Shown: positions 31,951-43,675, numbered from the stretch's first letter. The stretch: DNA of 64,000 nucleotides from Acidobacteriota bacterium (GCA_965205505.1 CBDBHB010000009.1:480001-544000); one strand, 5' to 3'. Numbers and translations: made by a program. The notes: generated from the letters alone by a model not told the origin.

Positions 31951-33855
31951 ATGGACCCGATGCTCCGTCTTGGAACCCGCATGCTGCTGCCCCTCCCGTT
32001 CACTGTGCTGATGCTGGTCATGCTGGCGCCGGGCGCACCCTCCGCCGCGCCGGAGCAATCGCACTCGCAGTGGGTGCGAGAGCACTATTCCAAGACCGAG
32101 CTCATGGTTCCCATGCGTGACGGGATCCGCTTATACACCGTTGTCTATGCTCCGCGAGACAGGTCACAGGAAGTCCCTATCCTGCTTCTGAGGACGCCGT
32201 ACTCTGCCGGACCGTACGGGCCCGACAGCTACCGCGCCTTGCTGGGCCCCTCGGCGCAGTTCGACCGTGCCGGCTACGTGTTCGTGTTCCAAGACGTGCG
32301 CGGCAAGTTCCGTTCCGAGGGGGAGTTCGAGGTGATCCGGCCGCTTGCGTCACGCCCGCTCGGTCGCCTGGACACCGACGAGAGCACCGATAACTACGAC
32401 ACCATCGAGTGGCTGCTGCGCAACCTCGGCGGGCACAATGGGCGCGTTGGCCAGTGGGGCATCTCTTACCCGGGCTGGCAGACTGTCTTGGGTCTGGTGG
32501 AGCATCACCCGGCACTGCGTGCCGCCTCTCCCCAAGCATCGCCGGCCGACATGTTCATCGGCGACGATTGGCACCATAACGGTGCCTTCCGCATCATGTA
32601 TGCCTTCTCGTGGCTGGCCGGCAACGCACGTCGTCGTGACGGGCCTACCGACCAGCGTCCCGAAGCCTTCGACTACGGCACTCCGTGGGGGTACGAGTTC
32701 TTCTTGCGAGCCGGATCGGCGGCCAATATCGACGAGATGTTCTTCGGAGGCGATGTCCCAGCGTGGCGTGACTTCATGCGACATCCTGACTACGACGAGT
32801 ATTGGCAACGTCAGAACGTCTTGGCCGACCTGCGCAATATCGACCTGCCGGTGCTGAACGTTGCCGGCTGGTTCGACACCGAAGACTTCTACGGTCCGAT
32901 GGCCACCTATCGCGCCATAGAGATGGCCAATCCGGGGATCGAAAACACCCTCGTTGTGGGGCCTTGGCTACACGGTGGCTGGCGCAGCATGGATGGCGAC
33001 CATCTCGGCTGTGTCGACTTTGGTTCCAAGACATCCCACACCTTCCAGCAGGAGATACAGCTGCCCTTCTTCGAGCATCATCTGCGCGGCGTTGGCGAGT
33101 GGGGCGCCACCGAGGCGGTGGTGTTTGTCACCGGGGCCAACGAATGGCGACGGCATCATCGTTGGCCGCCGGCCGGAATCGAGCCGCGGGCGCTGTATCT
33201 GCATGCCGGAGGGCGATTGGAGTTCCGCCCACCCGATGTTGAGGACGGAGCCGACCGCTACGTCAGCGATCCTGACAGACCGGTGCCATTCTCGACCGAG
33301 CTGCGCACCACACTAGGCCATCTATGGAAGGTCGAGGACCAGCGGTTCGCTTCCACCCGGCCCGATGTGCTGGTGTACGAATCGGACGTACTGGATGAGG
33401 ATCTCACCATTGCCGGGCCCATTCTCGCCAGCATGTTCGTTTCGACCACGGGCACCGATTCCGACTGGGTCGTGAAGCTCATCGATGTGTACCCGGGCGA
33501 CGCGCCAGACAGCAACACCTGCGATGTGCGCATGGGCGGTTACCAGATGCATCTCGCCGGCGAGGTCATGCGAGGTCGATATCGCAACGGTCTCACGAAG
33601 CCGGAAGCGATGGTGCCGGGTGAGATCACACCGATCACGATCGACCTGCGCGATCGATACCATACATTCAAGGCCGGGCATCGGTTCATGGTTCAGGTGC
33701 AGAGCTCATGGTTCCCGGCCTACGATCGGAATCCGCAGAGCTTCGTCGATATCTACCACGTCCGAGCGGAGGACTATCAGGTTGCCACGCAGGCGGTCTT
33801 TCGCTCGGCCGAGCACCCGTCGCACCTGGTTCTCGGCGTTCTCGACGCCCGATAA
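31951..33855 (+). CDS. CocE/NonD family hydrolase (alpha-amino-acid ester hydrolase-like)
   Basis: VPMRDG, RTPY, QDVRGK..SEG, GISYPG, GWFD.ED, GPWLHG. Confidence 0.93.
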   Translation: MDPMLRLGTRMLLPLPFTVLMLVMLAPGAPSAAPEQSHSQWVREHYSKTELMVPMRDGIRLYTVVYAPRDRSQEVPILLLRTPYSAGPYGPDSYRALLGPSAQFDRAGYVFVFQDVRGKFRSEGEFEVIRPLASRPLGRLDTDESTDNYDTIEWLLRNLGGHNGRVGQWGISYPGWQTVLGLVEHHPALRAASPQASPADMFIGDDWHHNGAFRIMYAFSWLAGNARRRDGPTDQRPEAFDYGTPWGYEFFLRAGSAANIDEMFFGGDVPAWRDFMRHPDYDEYWQRQNVLADLRNIDLPVLNVAGWFDTEDFYGPMATYRAIEMANPGIENTLVVGPWLHGGWRSMDGDHLGCVDFGSKTSHTFQQEIQLPFFEHHLRGVGEWGATEAVVFVTGANEWRRHHRWPPAGIEPRALYLHAGGRLEFRPPDVEDGADRYVSDPDRPVPFSTELRTTLGHLWKVEDQRFASTRPDVLVYESDVLDEDLTIAGPILASMFVSTTGTDSDWVVKLIDVYPGDAPDSNTCDVRMGGYQMHLAGEVMRGRYRNGLTKPEAMVPGEITPITIDLRDRYHTFKAGHRFMVQVQSSWFPAYDRNPQSFVDIYHVRAEDYQVATQAVFRSAEHPSHLVLGVLDAR

Positions 33856-33887
33856 CGGAGCAAAGCGCCGACGCCCCGTCGGGAGCC

Positions 33888-33904
33888 CTGACTCAGGACA
33901 CTAG
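33888..33904 (-). repeat. Solo family A variant terminus CTGACTCAGGACACTAG
   Basis: Matches 1349-1365. Confidence 0.6.
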
Positions 33905-33944
33905 TGAATCGAATGCGGAAAGTGGTGCAGGCTAGAATCCAACC

Positions 33945-34574
33945 ATGACCGAGCTGGTTCTGGAACGTAGCGCGCTGGTGCGGCGCGGGCTGCTGCTGAG
34001 CTGGGCGACGCTGGCGTACAACGGCATTGAGGCCGGGTTGGCGCTGGCGGCCGCCGCCATTGCAGGGTCGGTTGCCCTGGTGGGCTTCGGAGCCGACAGC
34101 ACCATCGAGGTCTCGGCGGCCGCCGTAGCCCTCTGGCGTTTGCACGCCGATGGCGACCCCGATCGCCGCGCGCACGCCGAGAGAGTCTCATTACGGCTAA
34201 TCGGTGGGAGCTTTTTGGTGCTGGCCGTCTATGTGACCGTCGAGGCGCTGCGTATGTTGTGGCTTCGCCATGCGCCGGAGCAGAGCTTGCTAGGTATCGC
34301 TGTGGCCGCCGGCTCGGTACTGGTGATGCCGCTGCTGGCGCGTGCCAAGCGCAAGGTAGCGTTGGCGATGTCCAGTAGCGCACTGCACCTCGAGGCGAAC
34401 CAGACGATGCTGTGTACGTACCTGTCGGCCATTCTCCTCGGCGGGCTGCTGTTGAACGCGCTGTTCGGCTGGTGGTGGGCAGATCCAGTGGCCGCCCTCG
34501 TGATGGCGCCAATCATCGTACGCGAGGGATGGCACGCCTTCCGCTGCCACTCGTGCCCGTGCTGTCCTCGCTAG
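33945..34574 (+). CDS. Cation-efflux-type (TMEM163-like) metal transporter
   Basis: YNGIEA, SVALVGFGADSTIEV, GWWWADPVAAL, Cys/His-rich tail. Confidence 0.85.
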   Translation: MTELVLERSALVRRGLLLSWATLAYNGIEAGLALAAAAIAGSVALVGFGADSTIEVSAAAVALWRLHADGDPDRRAHAERVSLRLIGGSFLVLAVYVTVEALRMLWLRHAPEQSLLGIAVAAGSVLVMPLLARAKRKVALAMSSSALHLEANQTMLCTYLSAILLGGLLLNALFGWWWADPVAALVMAPIIVREGWHAFRCHSCPCCPR

Positions 34575-35269
34575 GGGGCTCGCGCACGATCGACGTATGG
34601 TCGTTCTCCCTCGACGGAGCCCTGGCGGCGCCCGATACGCTCGACCGCGTCGAGCACGCTCGTCTGCGGCGAATGCGCTCACCGTCGAAGCGACTCGAGT
34701 TCCTCGTCGGGCGGTCAATGTTGCGGCGCATTCTCGGCGAGGTTCTCGACATCAATCCAGGCGAAGTGCAGCTTGCCTACGGGGCGCCCGGCAAGCCGCT
34801 ATTGCCCGGCGATGAGCTGACGTTCAATCTCTCGCACTCCGGACACCGCGCCCTGGTGGCCGTAGCGGCGGGTGGACGAGTGGGTGTGGACATCGAACAG
34901 CGGCAAGTGCGGCGACCGTTCCAACAGCTGTCGCGGCGCTTCTTCTCGGAGGCGGAGGATCGCTGGCTGCGCGCGCTGCCGGCGCCCGCCCGTGCCGAGG
35001 GCTTCTATCGGGCCTGGACGTTGAAAGAGTCGTACCTGAAGGCGATCGGTACGGGGCTGGCCTTCTCGTCTCGCGGCTTCACCTTGGACCTGATGTGCGC
35101 ACCGCCACGTCTGATTGCGACGGAGTACCCGGGCGACGAGCCCGCCCGGTGGCGCTTTGCCACCCCCGAGCTGTGCGGCAGCTACGCCGCCGCGCTGTGC
35201 TGGGACGGCGAGGGGCGCCGGGTCTGTCCGCACGATATTTCGGAGTTGTCCCGGCGCGGCGGCGTATGA
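34529..35269 (+). CDS. Sfp-type 4'-phosphopantetheinyl transferase (start approximate)
   Basis: GKP, FNLSHS, VGVDIE, WTLKESYLKAIGTGL. Confidence 0.9.
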   Translation: MARLPLPLVPVLSSLGGSRTIDVWSFSLDGALAAPDTLDRVEHARLRRMRSPSKRLEFLVGRSMLRRILGEVLDINPGEVQLAYGAPGKPLLPGDELTFNLSHSGHRALVAVAAGGRVGVDIEQRQVRRPFQQLSRRFFSEAEDRWLRALPAPARAEGFYRAWTLKESYLKAIGTGLAFSSRGFTLDLMCAPPRLIATEYPGDEPARWRFATPELCGSYAAALCWDGEGRRVCPHDISELSRRGGV

Positions 35270-35336
35270 GGTTTGCCACCCGCTACACTTGCAAGACAAG
35301 CTGCTGGGGACACCTCGGATGGCGCAAGGAGGGGAC

Positions 35337-35918
35337 ATGAAGTGGCTCAAACCGCTGCTGTTGCTTGCCGCGCTCGGCCATATAGCGGTCGGGCTTTACT
35401 TTCTCTATGCGGTCGATGCGGTTGCGCGCCTGGTGGGGTTTGACCTGCTCAACACCGGTTCCCGCGGCGAGCTCCGCTCGATGGAAGGCGGCCTCGTAGT
35501 GGCGATCGGCGCAATGATACTGAGGGGCGCTTTCGGAGGGAGGTTCGGGCGGCAGTGGCTCTATGCCGCAGGGATTATCTATACGGGGTTGCTCGCTGGC
35601 CGCGTCGTCAGCCTCGGTATGGATGGGTTGGCCGCCCACACTGTGTTCGCCGGGCTATTCGAGGCGGCGCTGGTGGTGTTGTTCTTCTGGTCCGGAGCCG
35701 AGGTCGGTCGATCTGCAACCATCGCCGGAGATGCCCCCGAACTGGGGGGCTCCAGCGAGTCGGTTGAGACGCCGGCGACGCCCAGGTCGCTCGTACCACC
35801 GCTGCAGGCGGAGACCCTACCGGAGTCGCCGCCGATAGCGAAAGACGATGTGGCGCCGGACGTTGACGGGCAGGACGCATCGGACCGCCCGCCGGGGTCA
35901 GCTGGGAGCGGCGAGTAG
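35337..35918 (+). CDS. DUF4345-like membrane protein with acidic Pro-rich tail
   Basis: GGAGG RBS; ELRSMEGG, GRVVSLGMDG; four TM segments. Confidence 0.65.
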   Translation: MKWLKPLLLLAALGHIAVGLYFLYAVDAVARLVGFDLLNTGSRGELRSMEGGLVVAIGAMILRGAFGGRFGRQWLYAAGIIYTGLLAGRVVSLGMDGLAAHTVFAGLFEAALVVLFFWSGAEVGRSATIAGDAPELGGSSESVETPATPRSLVPPLQAETLPESPPIAKDDVAPDVDGQDASDRPPGSAGSGE

Positions 35919-36626
35919 TTCCGTCACGAACGTCAGAATCTGCCGCGGGTGCTCGGCGCGGTAGTGGGGTTCGGCGGACCAGTGCGAGTCGTCTGACCAA
36001 GGCCCATAGACGGCACTGATGCCGATCACCTCGACCGGAACCTTCTGGCTGGCGTAGTGGAGGTTGGTGTTGTGAACGCACTCGATATCCGATTCGTGAT
36101 CACCGACGTAGATGATGCGGCCGGGCCGAGTTCCGGTCAGCCGGTCGACGCACGCCACCAGCGCGTCCGGCTTAGGTTTTTGTCGCCCGGCATCGACGGT
36201 TTCGAACCCCATTACTTCGTCGAAGTGTGCTCTCAGCTGCAGTCGTTCGAGAAAGCGGATGATGTTTTGAGTTGCGTTGAGCGACACGATGCCGTGCGGT
36301 AGGTGCGCCAGCCCTTCCAGGACCTCGAGAATGCCGTCGTAGGAGGTCGTAGCAGTCTCGTCGGCGAGTTGCTCATCCAGCCAACTCGCCTCGGCCAGCC
36401 GGATCTGATCGTCCGTCATTTCAAGTTCCTGTCGATAGAAGTCCTTCCAATGCCGGTGCCGATGGAGGGCGCGCTCGTAGCGCTGCAGTGAGCGCAGCGC
36501 ATCAAAGACGTCGGGCGGCTCTCCCTTGATGCGCTCGACCAGCGCCCGCGTGACGTTGAAGTTCTTCTGGCGCGTGTCGACCAGCGTGCCGTCGAAATCC
36601 CAGATGACTGCCTGCACCTCGCGCAT
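35898..36626 (-). CDS. HAD family hydrolase (phosphoglycolate phosphatase-like)
   Basis: WDFDGTLVD, KPKPD, YVGDHESD. Confidence 0.9.
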   Translation of the reverse strand: MREVQAVIWDFDGTLVDTRQKNFNVTRALVERIKGEPPDVFDALRSLQRYERALHRHRHWKDFYRQELEMTDDQIRLAEASWLDEQLADETATTSYDGILEVLEGLAHLPHGIVSLNATQNIIRFLERLQLRAHFDEVMGFETVDAGRQKPKPDALVACVDRLTGTRPGRIIYVGDHESDIECVHNTNLHYASQKVPVEVIGISAVYGPWSDDSHWSAEPHYRAEHPRQILTFVTELLAAPS

Positions 36627-36635
36627 GCGGTGAGC

Positions 36636-36661
36636 CTAGCAGGCCGTGGTGGAAGTGTGGC
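36636..36661 (+). repeat. Solo family B terminus CTAGCAGGCCGTGGTGGAAGTGTGGC
   Basis: Copies at 31898, 47391, 61283 and 20766. Confidence 0.8.
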
Positions 36662-36725
36662 GGGCCTGGTTACGGCAATACGGTCTGCCGATCGCCCGGC
36701 GCGCTTGACGGGAGATTGGCGTGTG

Positions 36726-36744
36726 TATTAAACGATGTTTAATA
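36726..36744. promoter_or_regulatory. Perfect palindrome TATTAAAC-GAT-GTTTAATA, putative PadR operator over the promoter
   Basis: TTGACG at 36705-36710 upstream; padR ATG at 36769. Confidence 0.7.
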
Positions 36745-36768
36745 AATCAGGAGACCGAAGCGATCCCA

Positions 36769-37107
36769 ATGGGCAAGAAGGGCTATCTAGGGGAGTTTGA
36801 GCACATCGTCTTGTTGGCGCTAGTGCGTCTCCACGGTGAGGCCGCTGGCCGAGCCATCTACGAGGAGATCGACCGGCTGGCCAGCACTTCGGTGGCCATC
36901 ACGGCGGTTTATGTGACCCTCTCGCGGCTCGAAAAGAAGAGCTATGTCTCCGCGAAGCTCTCCGCGCCCACCCCCGTGCGCGGCGGGCGAGCCACCAAGA
37001 ACTTTCGGATCGAGGCCGCCGGCCTGGCGGCGCTGCGGCGCTCACGCCAACAGCTCGAACGGTTCTGGGATGGGGTCGAGATCGGCTCCGAGGCCGAAGG
37101 TCGATGA
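36769..37107 (+). CDS. PadR family regulator
   Basis: LGEFEHIVLLAL..AVYVTLSRLEKK..PTPVRGGR. Confidence 0.88.
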   Translation: MGKKGYLGEFEHIVLLALVRLHGEAAGRAIYEEIDRLASTSVAITAVYVTLSRLEKKSYVSAKLSAPTPVRGGRATKNFRIEAAGLAALRRSRQQLERFWDGVEIGSEAEGR

Positions 37108-39812
37108 TGCCGCCGGTGTGGGCTGGCTGCCTGAGGGTCTTATTGCCGCCGAGACTGCGCTTTGCGGTGATGCGGGATACCGGCACGACGTTCGAGAACC
37201 TCGAGGCGCGCCTCGGGCGTCGAGCAGCGCTGCGATGGCTACGCAGCCAGGTGCGTGGCGCGGTCGGGCCCTCCCTGCGATATCGGCTCGAATCGGGCGC
37301 TGCATCGATGCGGCATATCGGGTGCGCCGTAACGAGTCTCGGCGCGGATGTTCGCCAGGCGGTGCGCGGTGCAGTGCATCAGCCAGGCTTCGGCGTTGCA
37401 GTCGTGCTCACCCTCGGTCTGGGAATTGGGGGCACCGTTGCAATCTTCAGTGTTGTCGACGCGGTGTTGTTGCGCCCGCTGCCGTATCTGGACGCCGAAC
37501 GGCTTGTTCGGGTCTGGGAGTCGAACGCCACGCTCGGATTTCTCGAAGATGGCCCGTCGCCGGCCAATTTCCTCGACTGGGAAGCGCGCAACGAGGTGTT
37601 CGACGGCATTGCGGCGTGGTGGCCGGAGACCGCGATATACAAGTCCGCCAACCGCGCCGAACAGGTAGAGGTAGCTCATGTTTCTGGCGATTTCTTTCGC
37701 CTTCTAGGCACCGAGCCGCTAGTCGGTCGCCTGCTCTCGCCCGACGATGCGGTCGGCTCGTGGTACGACAACAGCGGCAATCATTACGGCGCTGAGCCGG
37801 TGATCGCGGTGAGCCACCAGTTCTGGAGCTCCCGCCTCGGGGCTGACCCGCAGACCGTCGGACGAGTCATCGAGGTGAATCGGGTGCTGTGGCGGATCAT
37901 CGGCGTGATGCCGGCGAGCTTCGCCCTACCCAGGGCGGATATCGACCTGTGGAACTCTTGGGATCTCGGGGCGCGCGCCGAATCGACGGACGGCCAGCCT
38001 TCACGTGACTCGCGGTTTCTTGGTGTGGTCGCGCGGCTTCGTGAGGGGTTGGACATGTCGGCAGCCCAACTAAGGCTGGACGGTCTTGCTGCCGCGCTCG
38101 CCACCGAATATCCGGCCACCAACGCTGGTTGGGGTATCCGCGTTACGCCGCTCATCGGTCAACTGATCGACCCGGCGCGGCGGCCGCTCGGGGTGCTGTC
38201 GGGCGCTGTCGGACTTCTTTTGTTGACGGCCTGCGCGAACGTTGCGGGATTGCTGTTGGCGCGGTCCACGGCGCGCCGCGGCGAGATCAGCGTGCGGCGC
38301 GCACTCGGCGCCACGCGGGCGCGATTGGTACGCCTGCCGGTTACCGAGAGCGTGTCGCTGGCGCTTGTTGGTGGTTTAGTCGGTATCGGCGTGGCGATCA
38401 TCGGCGTCGATGCGCTCATGGCGCTCCAGCCCGGAAACCTTCCCCTCGCTGCAGAGATCGGCATCGATCGCCGGGCGCTCGCCTTCGGGTTGGTGCTGTC
38501 GCTGGTGGCCGGGGTATTGGCGGGCGGGGTGCCGGCGTGGATAGCGTCGAGCGCTGCCGGCGTCGATCGAAGCACCCGGCGGAGCTCCGACGGCGTGCGC
38601 CGGACACGGCTGCGCGCCTCCCTGGTGGTGGCAGAGATCGCCGTAACGCTGGTGCTCCTCGTCGGCGCGCTGTTGCTCGCCCGGAGCTTCGCTCGTCTGA
38701 TGGCGGTGGATCCCGGCTTCGATCTCGACAACGTGATCGTCATACGTGTGCCGCTGGAGAGCGGTGTGGCCTCGTCTTCGGGAAACGGCCGCGTGGCGTT
38801 CTTCGAGCAGCTCACGCAACGCCTCGGCGAGATGCCCGGCGCCGAGGCGGTCGGTGCCACGACGGCACTGCCGATGAGCTCGGTCGGAGCGGACTTCGAT
38901 CGTCCGTTCTGGCGCTTCGGCGAGCCCGATCCCGGGGCGGCGGCAGCTGAGGCTTGGATTCGCATGACCACGCCCGGATACTTCCGCGCCCTGGGCCGGC
39001 CCCTGATGGCGGGGCGCGACTTCGCGGTCGACGATCGCTTTGATTTCAGCGACTCCGATTGGCGGCAGGCCGAGCGTGTCATTATCGTCAGCGCTGGCCT
39101 GGCCGCGTCGAGTTGGCCAAACGAGGATCCGCTCGGCAAGCGGCTCGAGATGAGCTATCCAGGCGGCGTCTATGCATACCGGGTCGTCGGTGTAGTAGGT
39201 GACGTTCGCCACCACGACTTGCGCCAGGGGCCACAGCCCGAGATTTTCCTTCCCTACGCCCAGAACTCCTATCCAGCGCTCAACGTGGTGTTGCGCACCC
39301 GCCCGGGTGAGGCGCCCAGTGTCGCCGGGATCGAGGCGCTGGTGACGGAGATCAATCCGGATCAACCTGTGCACAGCGTGGTGGCGATGCGCGACTTGGT
39401 CGCTGCCACGCTGGCACGGCAACGCTTTGCCGCCACGCTGCTGATCGTCTTCGCTGGCATCGCGCTGCTGTTGACGACCGTCGGGACCTACGGGCTCGTC
39501 GCCTGGTCGGTGAGCCGTCGCGTGCGTGAGCTGGGTATCCGATCGGCGCTCGGCGCACGCTCCTCGGAGGTGCGCGCGATGGTCGTCCGCGAGGGCCTGG
39601 GTCTTGGCGTGATGGGTGTGCTTGTGGGTCTCGGTACCTCGCTGTTGCTCATCCGGTCGCTAGACGGATTGCTGTACGAAGTGCGCAGTGACGACGCTGC
39701 GGCGCGCTTCATAGTGGGTGCGGGACTGCTTGTGGTCACCGCCGTCGCGAGCTACTTGCCGGCGCGGCGTGCCTCGGCGGTGGAACCGATCGAGGCCCTG
39801 CGGTCGGAGTAG
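37104..39812 (+). CDS. ADOP duplicated permease
   Basis: LGLGIGGTVAIFSVVD, ACANVAGL, RRVRELGIRSALGA. Confidence 0.92.
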   Translation: MMPPVWAGCLRVLLPPRLRFAVMRDTGTTFENLEARLGRRAALRWLRSQVRGAVGPSLRYRLESGAASMRHIGCAVTSLGADVRQAVRGAVHQPGFGVAVVLTLGLGIGGTVAIFSVVDAVLLRPLPYLDAERLVRVWESNATLGFLEDGPSPANFLDWEARNEVFDGIAAWWPETAIYKSANRAEQVEVAHVSGDFFRLLGTEPLVGRLLSPDDAVGSWYDNSGNHYGAEPVIAVSHQFWSSRLGADPQTVGRVIEVNRVLWRIIGVMPASFALPRADIDLWNSWDLGARAESTDGQPSRDSRFLGVVARLREGLDMSAAQLRLDGLAAALATEYPATNAGWGIRVTPLIGQLIDPARRPLGVLSGAVGLLLLTACANVAGLLLARSTARRGEISVRRALGATRARLVRLPVTESVSLALVGGLVGIGVAIIGVDALMALQPGNLPLAAEIGIDRRALAFGLVLSLVAGVLAGGVPAWIASSAAGVDRSTRRSSDGVRRTRLRASLVVAEIAVTLVLLVGALLLARSFARLMAVDPGFDLDNVIVIRVPLESGVASSSGNGRVAFFEQLTQRLGEMPGAEAVGATTALPMSSVGADFDRPFWRFGEPDPGAAAAEAWIRMTTPGYFRALGRPLMAGRDFAVDDRFDFSDSDWRQAERVIIVSAGLAASSWPNEDPLGKRLEMSYPGGVYAYRVVGVVGDVRHHDLRQGPQPEIFLPYAQNSYPALNVVLRTRPGEAPSVAGIEALVTEINPDQPVHSVVAMRDLVAATLARQRFAATLLIVFAGIALLLTTVGTYGLVAWSVSRRVRELGIRSALGARSSEVRAMVVREGLGLGVMGVLVGLGTSLLLIRSLDGLLYEVRSDDAAARFIVGAGLLVVTAVASYLPARRASAVEPIEALRSE

Positions 39813-40022
39813 CATCCCGGCCGGCGTTCGACTCTCCCCTGAAACCAGCATACTGGGTGGTGTCGGCGGCGTAGCGGAACGAAACGCGGATGCCCGCCGA
39901 CACGCTTGGCACGGCGTGTGCTTTACATTCTGTGTGTTTGCCCGAGTATTGCCGGATCTCTCAGGCCTCCGGTGTCGAGTATATCGTCCGCGTTGCGGCG
40001 GCACGGGTGATCCCGGGAAGCC

Positions 40023-40613
40023 ATGATTGAATCGCTCGCACATTGGATCGAGGGTTCGGGGGCCCTCGTGTACGCGCTCGCACCGCTGTTTACCTTGCTC
40101 GTGGCAATCTTGCCGATTCCGGCCGAGATCCCCGCCCTGCTGAACGGCATGGTATTCGGCCCGCTTTGGGGCACGCTCATCACCTGGTTCTTCGCTCTTG
40201 CGGGGGCACAGATCAGCTTTGAGCTAGCCCGTCGCTTCGGACGCCCCCTGGGCGACCGGCTCGTGCCGGCAGGCGTTCTGCACCGTGCCGATCGCGCCGT
40301 GCAGTCGGCTGGCTGGCCAATGCTGTTGACCCTGCGCCTCCTCCCTACAGTTGCTTTCACCGCGGTCAACTGGGCCGCCGGGCTGACGATGGTTCCCCGG
40401 TCGACGTTCGTGTGGACCACCGCGCTAGGCATTCTCCCCGGCGCGATTGTCTTCACTCTTACTGGGACGGGGCTCGGCGCGCTACTTCGCGGCGGCTCCG
40501 CAGAGCCCATGGGCGTCTGGCTGTGGATCGCCGCCGCCATGCTGACGGTGGTACTGACGGCGTGGCTCTGGCGCCGCAGGGGGCGTTCGGATGCGGACAC
40601 GTCGTCCCGCTAG
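40023..40613 (+). CDS. VTT/TVP38 (DedA superfamily) membrane protein
   Basis: PIPAE, GMVFGPLWG, LRLLPTVAF..VNWAAG. Confidence 0.85.
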   Translation: MIESLAHWIEGSGALVYALAPLFTLLVAILPIPAEIPALLNGMVFGPLWGTLITWFFALAGAQISFELARRFGRPLGDRLVPAGVLHRADRAVQSAGWPMLLTLRLLPTVAFTAVNWAAGLTMVPRSTFVWTTALGILPGAIVFTLTGTGLGALLRGGSAEPMGVWLWIAAAMLTVVLTAWLWRRRGRSDADTSSR

Positions 40614-40656
40614 TGGAACAGTCGCGACCAAGTGCTCTTCTGTGTCGCGCGGCAGA

Positions 40657-43324
40657 CTACTCGCCGCGTAATGACACCGCCGGGTCGATTGAGGCCGCGC
40701 GTCGCGCCGGGAGCGCCGAGGCCACAACAGCGGCGACCAAGAGACAGGACACGACGGCGAGGTAGGTTTTGGGCTCCGTCGGACTCACGCCGAACAGTAG
40801 TGCCGCGATCCAGCGCGACGCGACGACGGCGAGCAACAGGCCAATCACCAGCCCGCCCCCGACCATCCAGCTGCTCTGGCCTACCACCATGCGCACCACA
40901 TCGCTGCTGCTTGCCCCGAGCGCCATCCGCACGCCGACTTCGTGCTGTCGCTGCGACACTAGGTAGCTGAGGACCCCGTACACTCCGAGAGCTGCCAGAA
41001 ACAGCGCAATGAGCGAGAAGATCCCCAGGATCATCGACGCGAAGCGCTCACGCGCCACCGAGTTCGCCAGCGTCGACGTCATCGTGTCGATGTTGTAGAC
41101 GGCGAGCTCTCTGTCGAGCGACCAGATACGCGAGCGCACCGACGCAACTGCATCGAGCGGGTCGCCGTTGGTGCGCACCATCAGAGTGACCACTCCGACC
41201 GCCGGTGCTTGTAGCAGGTTCACATACATCGCCGGAGGCGCGTCGCGATCCAGTCCCAGCGTTCTTTCGTTCTCGATCACGCCGAGGACGCGGCGTGGTA
41301 TCCCGGCCCACGGCAGCTCGAGCTGGTGCTCGAGTGGCTCGAGTCCGTCGAAGTAGCGCTCTCGGGCGGCGCGGTTGATGACCACCACGGGCTCGCTTTG
41401 CGCGTCGTCGGTCGCATCCATCAGTCGACCGTGGAGAAGCGTTGCACCGACCGTGTCGAAGTAGGTCGGGGTCACGAGGCGTAGGGTGATCTCGCCTTGC
41501 CCTACGTCGTAGGGGATGCCGACGATCCCGAAGCTGTTGGTGAAGCCAGCCTGGAGTGGGTGATTCGAGGCCAGCGCGGCCGCACGCACGCCCGGCAGAG
41601 CCTGTACGCGCGCCAACAGAGCATCGTAGAAGTTGAGTCGTTCGGGCCAGCTGGGCCAATTCCGGAAGTCGCGCGGATAGCGGGAGTCGGGAAGCTGGAG
41701 ATCGGCTCGGAGCACGTTTGCGGCACGAAACCCAGGGTCGACTCCTTGGAGGTTCCACAACGTTCCGACGAGCAACGCGGCAGCGACCAGCAACACCACC
41801 GCCAGAGCGGTCTGCCCCGCTACCAGGCAGCGACGCATGAACAGCTTCAACACGGCCGCCGCTTCGGCCTGTGAACGCCCCGCCTTGAGGGCGTTCTGTA
41901 TGTCTACCCGGCGCGCTTGGAGGGTGGGTAGCAGCCCGCAACCGACGCCGATGAGCGCACTCGTCGCGGCTGCAAACAGCAACACTCGGGAGTCGATGCC
42001 GACTACTGCCTGGCCGAGCAACTGCGGCGGTGCCAACGCCAGGAGCGCGCCCAAGCCGACGGTCGATAGCATTCCGCCGGCCAACAGCGCCAAGCCCGTC
42101 AGCAGCAACCCCTCTGCCAGGAAGCGGCGTGCCAGACGCGCATCGCTGGCCCCGAGCGCCACGTAGACGGCGGTCTCCTGTGCTCGTGCTGCGCCCCGTG
42201 CCAGCAACAGGTTGGCGACGTTGGCGCAAGCGATCGCTAGCACGGTTGTCACAGCCGCAAACAGCAGCCACAACGTCGTCTCGGCACCGCCACGCCGATA
42301 GTCGGTCAGGGGCTCTACGAAGACGCCACGATTGGCGTTCTCCCGGTAGCTGGCCTCCAGATCTGCCGCAATCGACGCGAGCTCCTCAGAAGCGTTGGCG
42401 AACGACGATGCGGCGGCAAGTCGCCCGAGCACTCTCACGTCGTGTCGGGCGCGCGCCGAGTTGGTTGAGTCGGCGCTGCAACGGTATCCACAGGTCGTAG
42501 TCGAGGTCGGGAAAGTCGAAACCGGGTGGAAGGACGCCGATGACCGTATGACTTCGATCGTTGAGCTCGATTAACGTGCCGATCACCTCCGGCGCCGCGG
42601 CGAACGCGTCCTGCCAAAAGGCGTGGGTGAAGAGCGCAACCGGCTCCCCGCCCGGGACGTCCTCGGCCGCCGTGATCGCTCGCCCGAGAGCAGGGGCTAC
42701 ACCGAGCACCCTCAAGAGATCTGCGCTCGCCGTTACTACCCTGAGCCGCCGTGGCTCGCCGCCGGCTCGCGTCAGGTTGAGGCTGCCAGTGGCGTACATC
42801 GCCATGCCGTCGAAGGCCTGGCTACGCTCGCGGAAGTCGAAGAAATCCAGTACCGACGCCGGCTCGCGGACAGTTCCGGTGGCGCGGTCGTTCTCCCAGA
42901 TCATTGCTAATCGGGCAGCGTCCTCGTAGGGAAGCGGGCGCAGCAGAACACCGTTGACGACACTGAAGATAGCGGTTGTCGTACCGATTCCGAGCGCCAG
43001 CGTGAGCACAATCACGGCGCTCAGGCCAGGCTGCCTGCTCAAGGATCGGCCTGCCATACGTACGTCATGCCAGAGATTGTCGATCACCATGCTCCATTCC
43101 TCGCGCTCGATTCGTTGCAGGCCCATCCGATGGCAGTCTTCACGCACCTGCGTCCGATCGCCGAACCTTTTCATCACCTCGTGCCGCGCCTTTTCTCCGG
43201 TCAGCCCGCGTCGTATGAGCTCCGCTACGCGCCCGTCGATGTGGAAGTCGAGCTCGTCGTCGATATCAGACCGAAGCACTTGACGTGGGAACAGACGGCG
43301 CCAGACATCGCGCCAATCACGCAT
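40657..43324 (-). pseudogene. ADOP duplicated permease, frameshifted near 42470
   Basis: N-half 42386-43324 (DDELDFH, LALGIGTTTAIFS) and C-half 40657-42438 in different frames. Confidence 0.85.
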
Positions 43325-43327
43325 GCC

Positions 43328-43675
43328 TCAGACGCTCCATTCCGGAGCAACGTCGAGCACGGCCGCGACCGCGTTGGCGTGGCGTAGCCAGCGGCGCGTA
43401 TCGCGGCGCAGCCGCTCGTGACCCGTTTTGGTGAGCTCATAGAGCTTGGCTCGTCTTTGCGTATCCGACATTCCCCACGAGCTGATCAACAAACCGTCGC
43501 GTTCCAACCGGTGCAGCGCCGGGTAAAGGGCCCCCTCCTCTATGCGCAGGGCATTGCCGGCAAGTTCTTCGATGCGACGGCTGACCCCCAGTCCGTGCGA
43601 CGGGCCGTGGGTCAGCGCCTGAAGGATGAGTAGGCTCAGGGAGCCGTAAAGCGTTCCCGCGTCGACGTTGCCCAT
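43328..43675 (-). CDS. PadR family regulator (acidobacterial type)
   Basis: GSLSLLILQAL..HG..EEGALYPALHRLE..RRAKLYELT. Confidence 0.92.
   Translation of the reverse strand: MGNVDAGTLYGSLSLLILQALTHGPSHGLGVSRRIEELAGNALRIEEGALYPALHRLERDGLLISSWGMSDTQRRAKLYELTKTGHERLRRDTRRWLRHANAVAAVLDVAPEWSV

Noticed and set aside
31898-36661. Composite transposon bounded by the two perfect inverted family B copies
   Set aside because: The CTAG termini face the enclosed genes, the wrong orientation for bracketing ends, and there is no transposase
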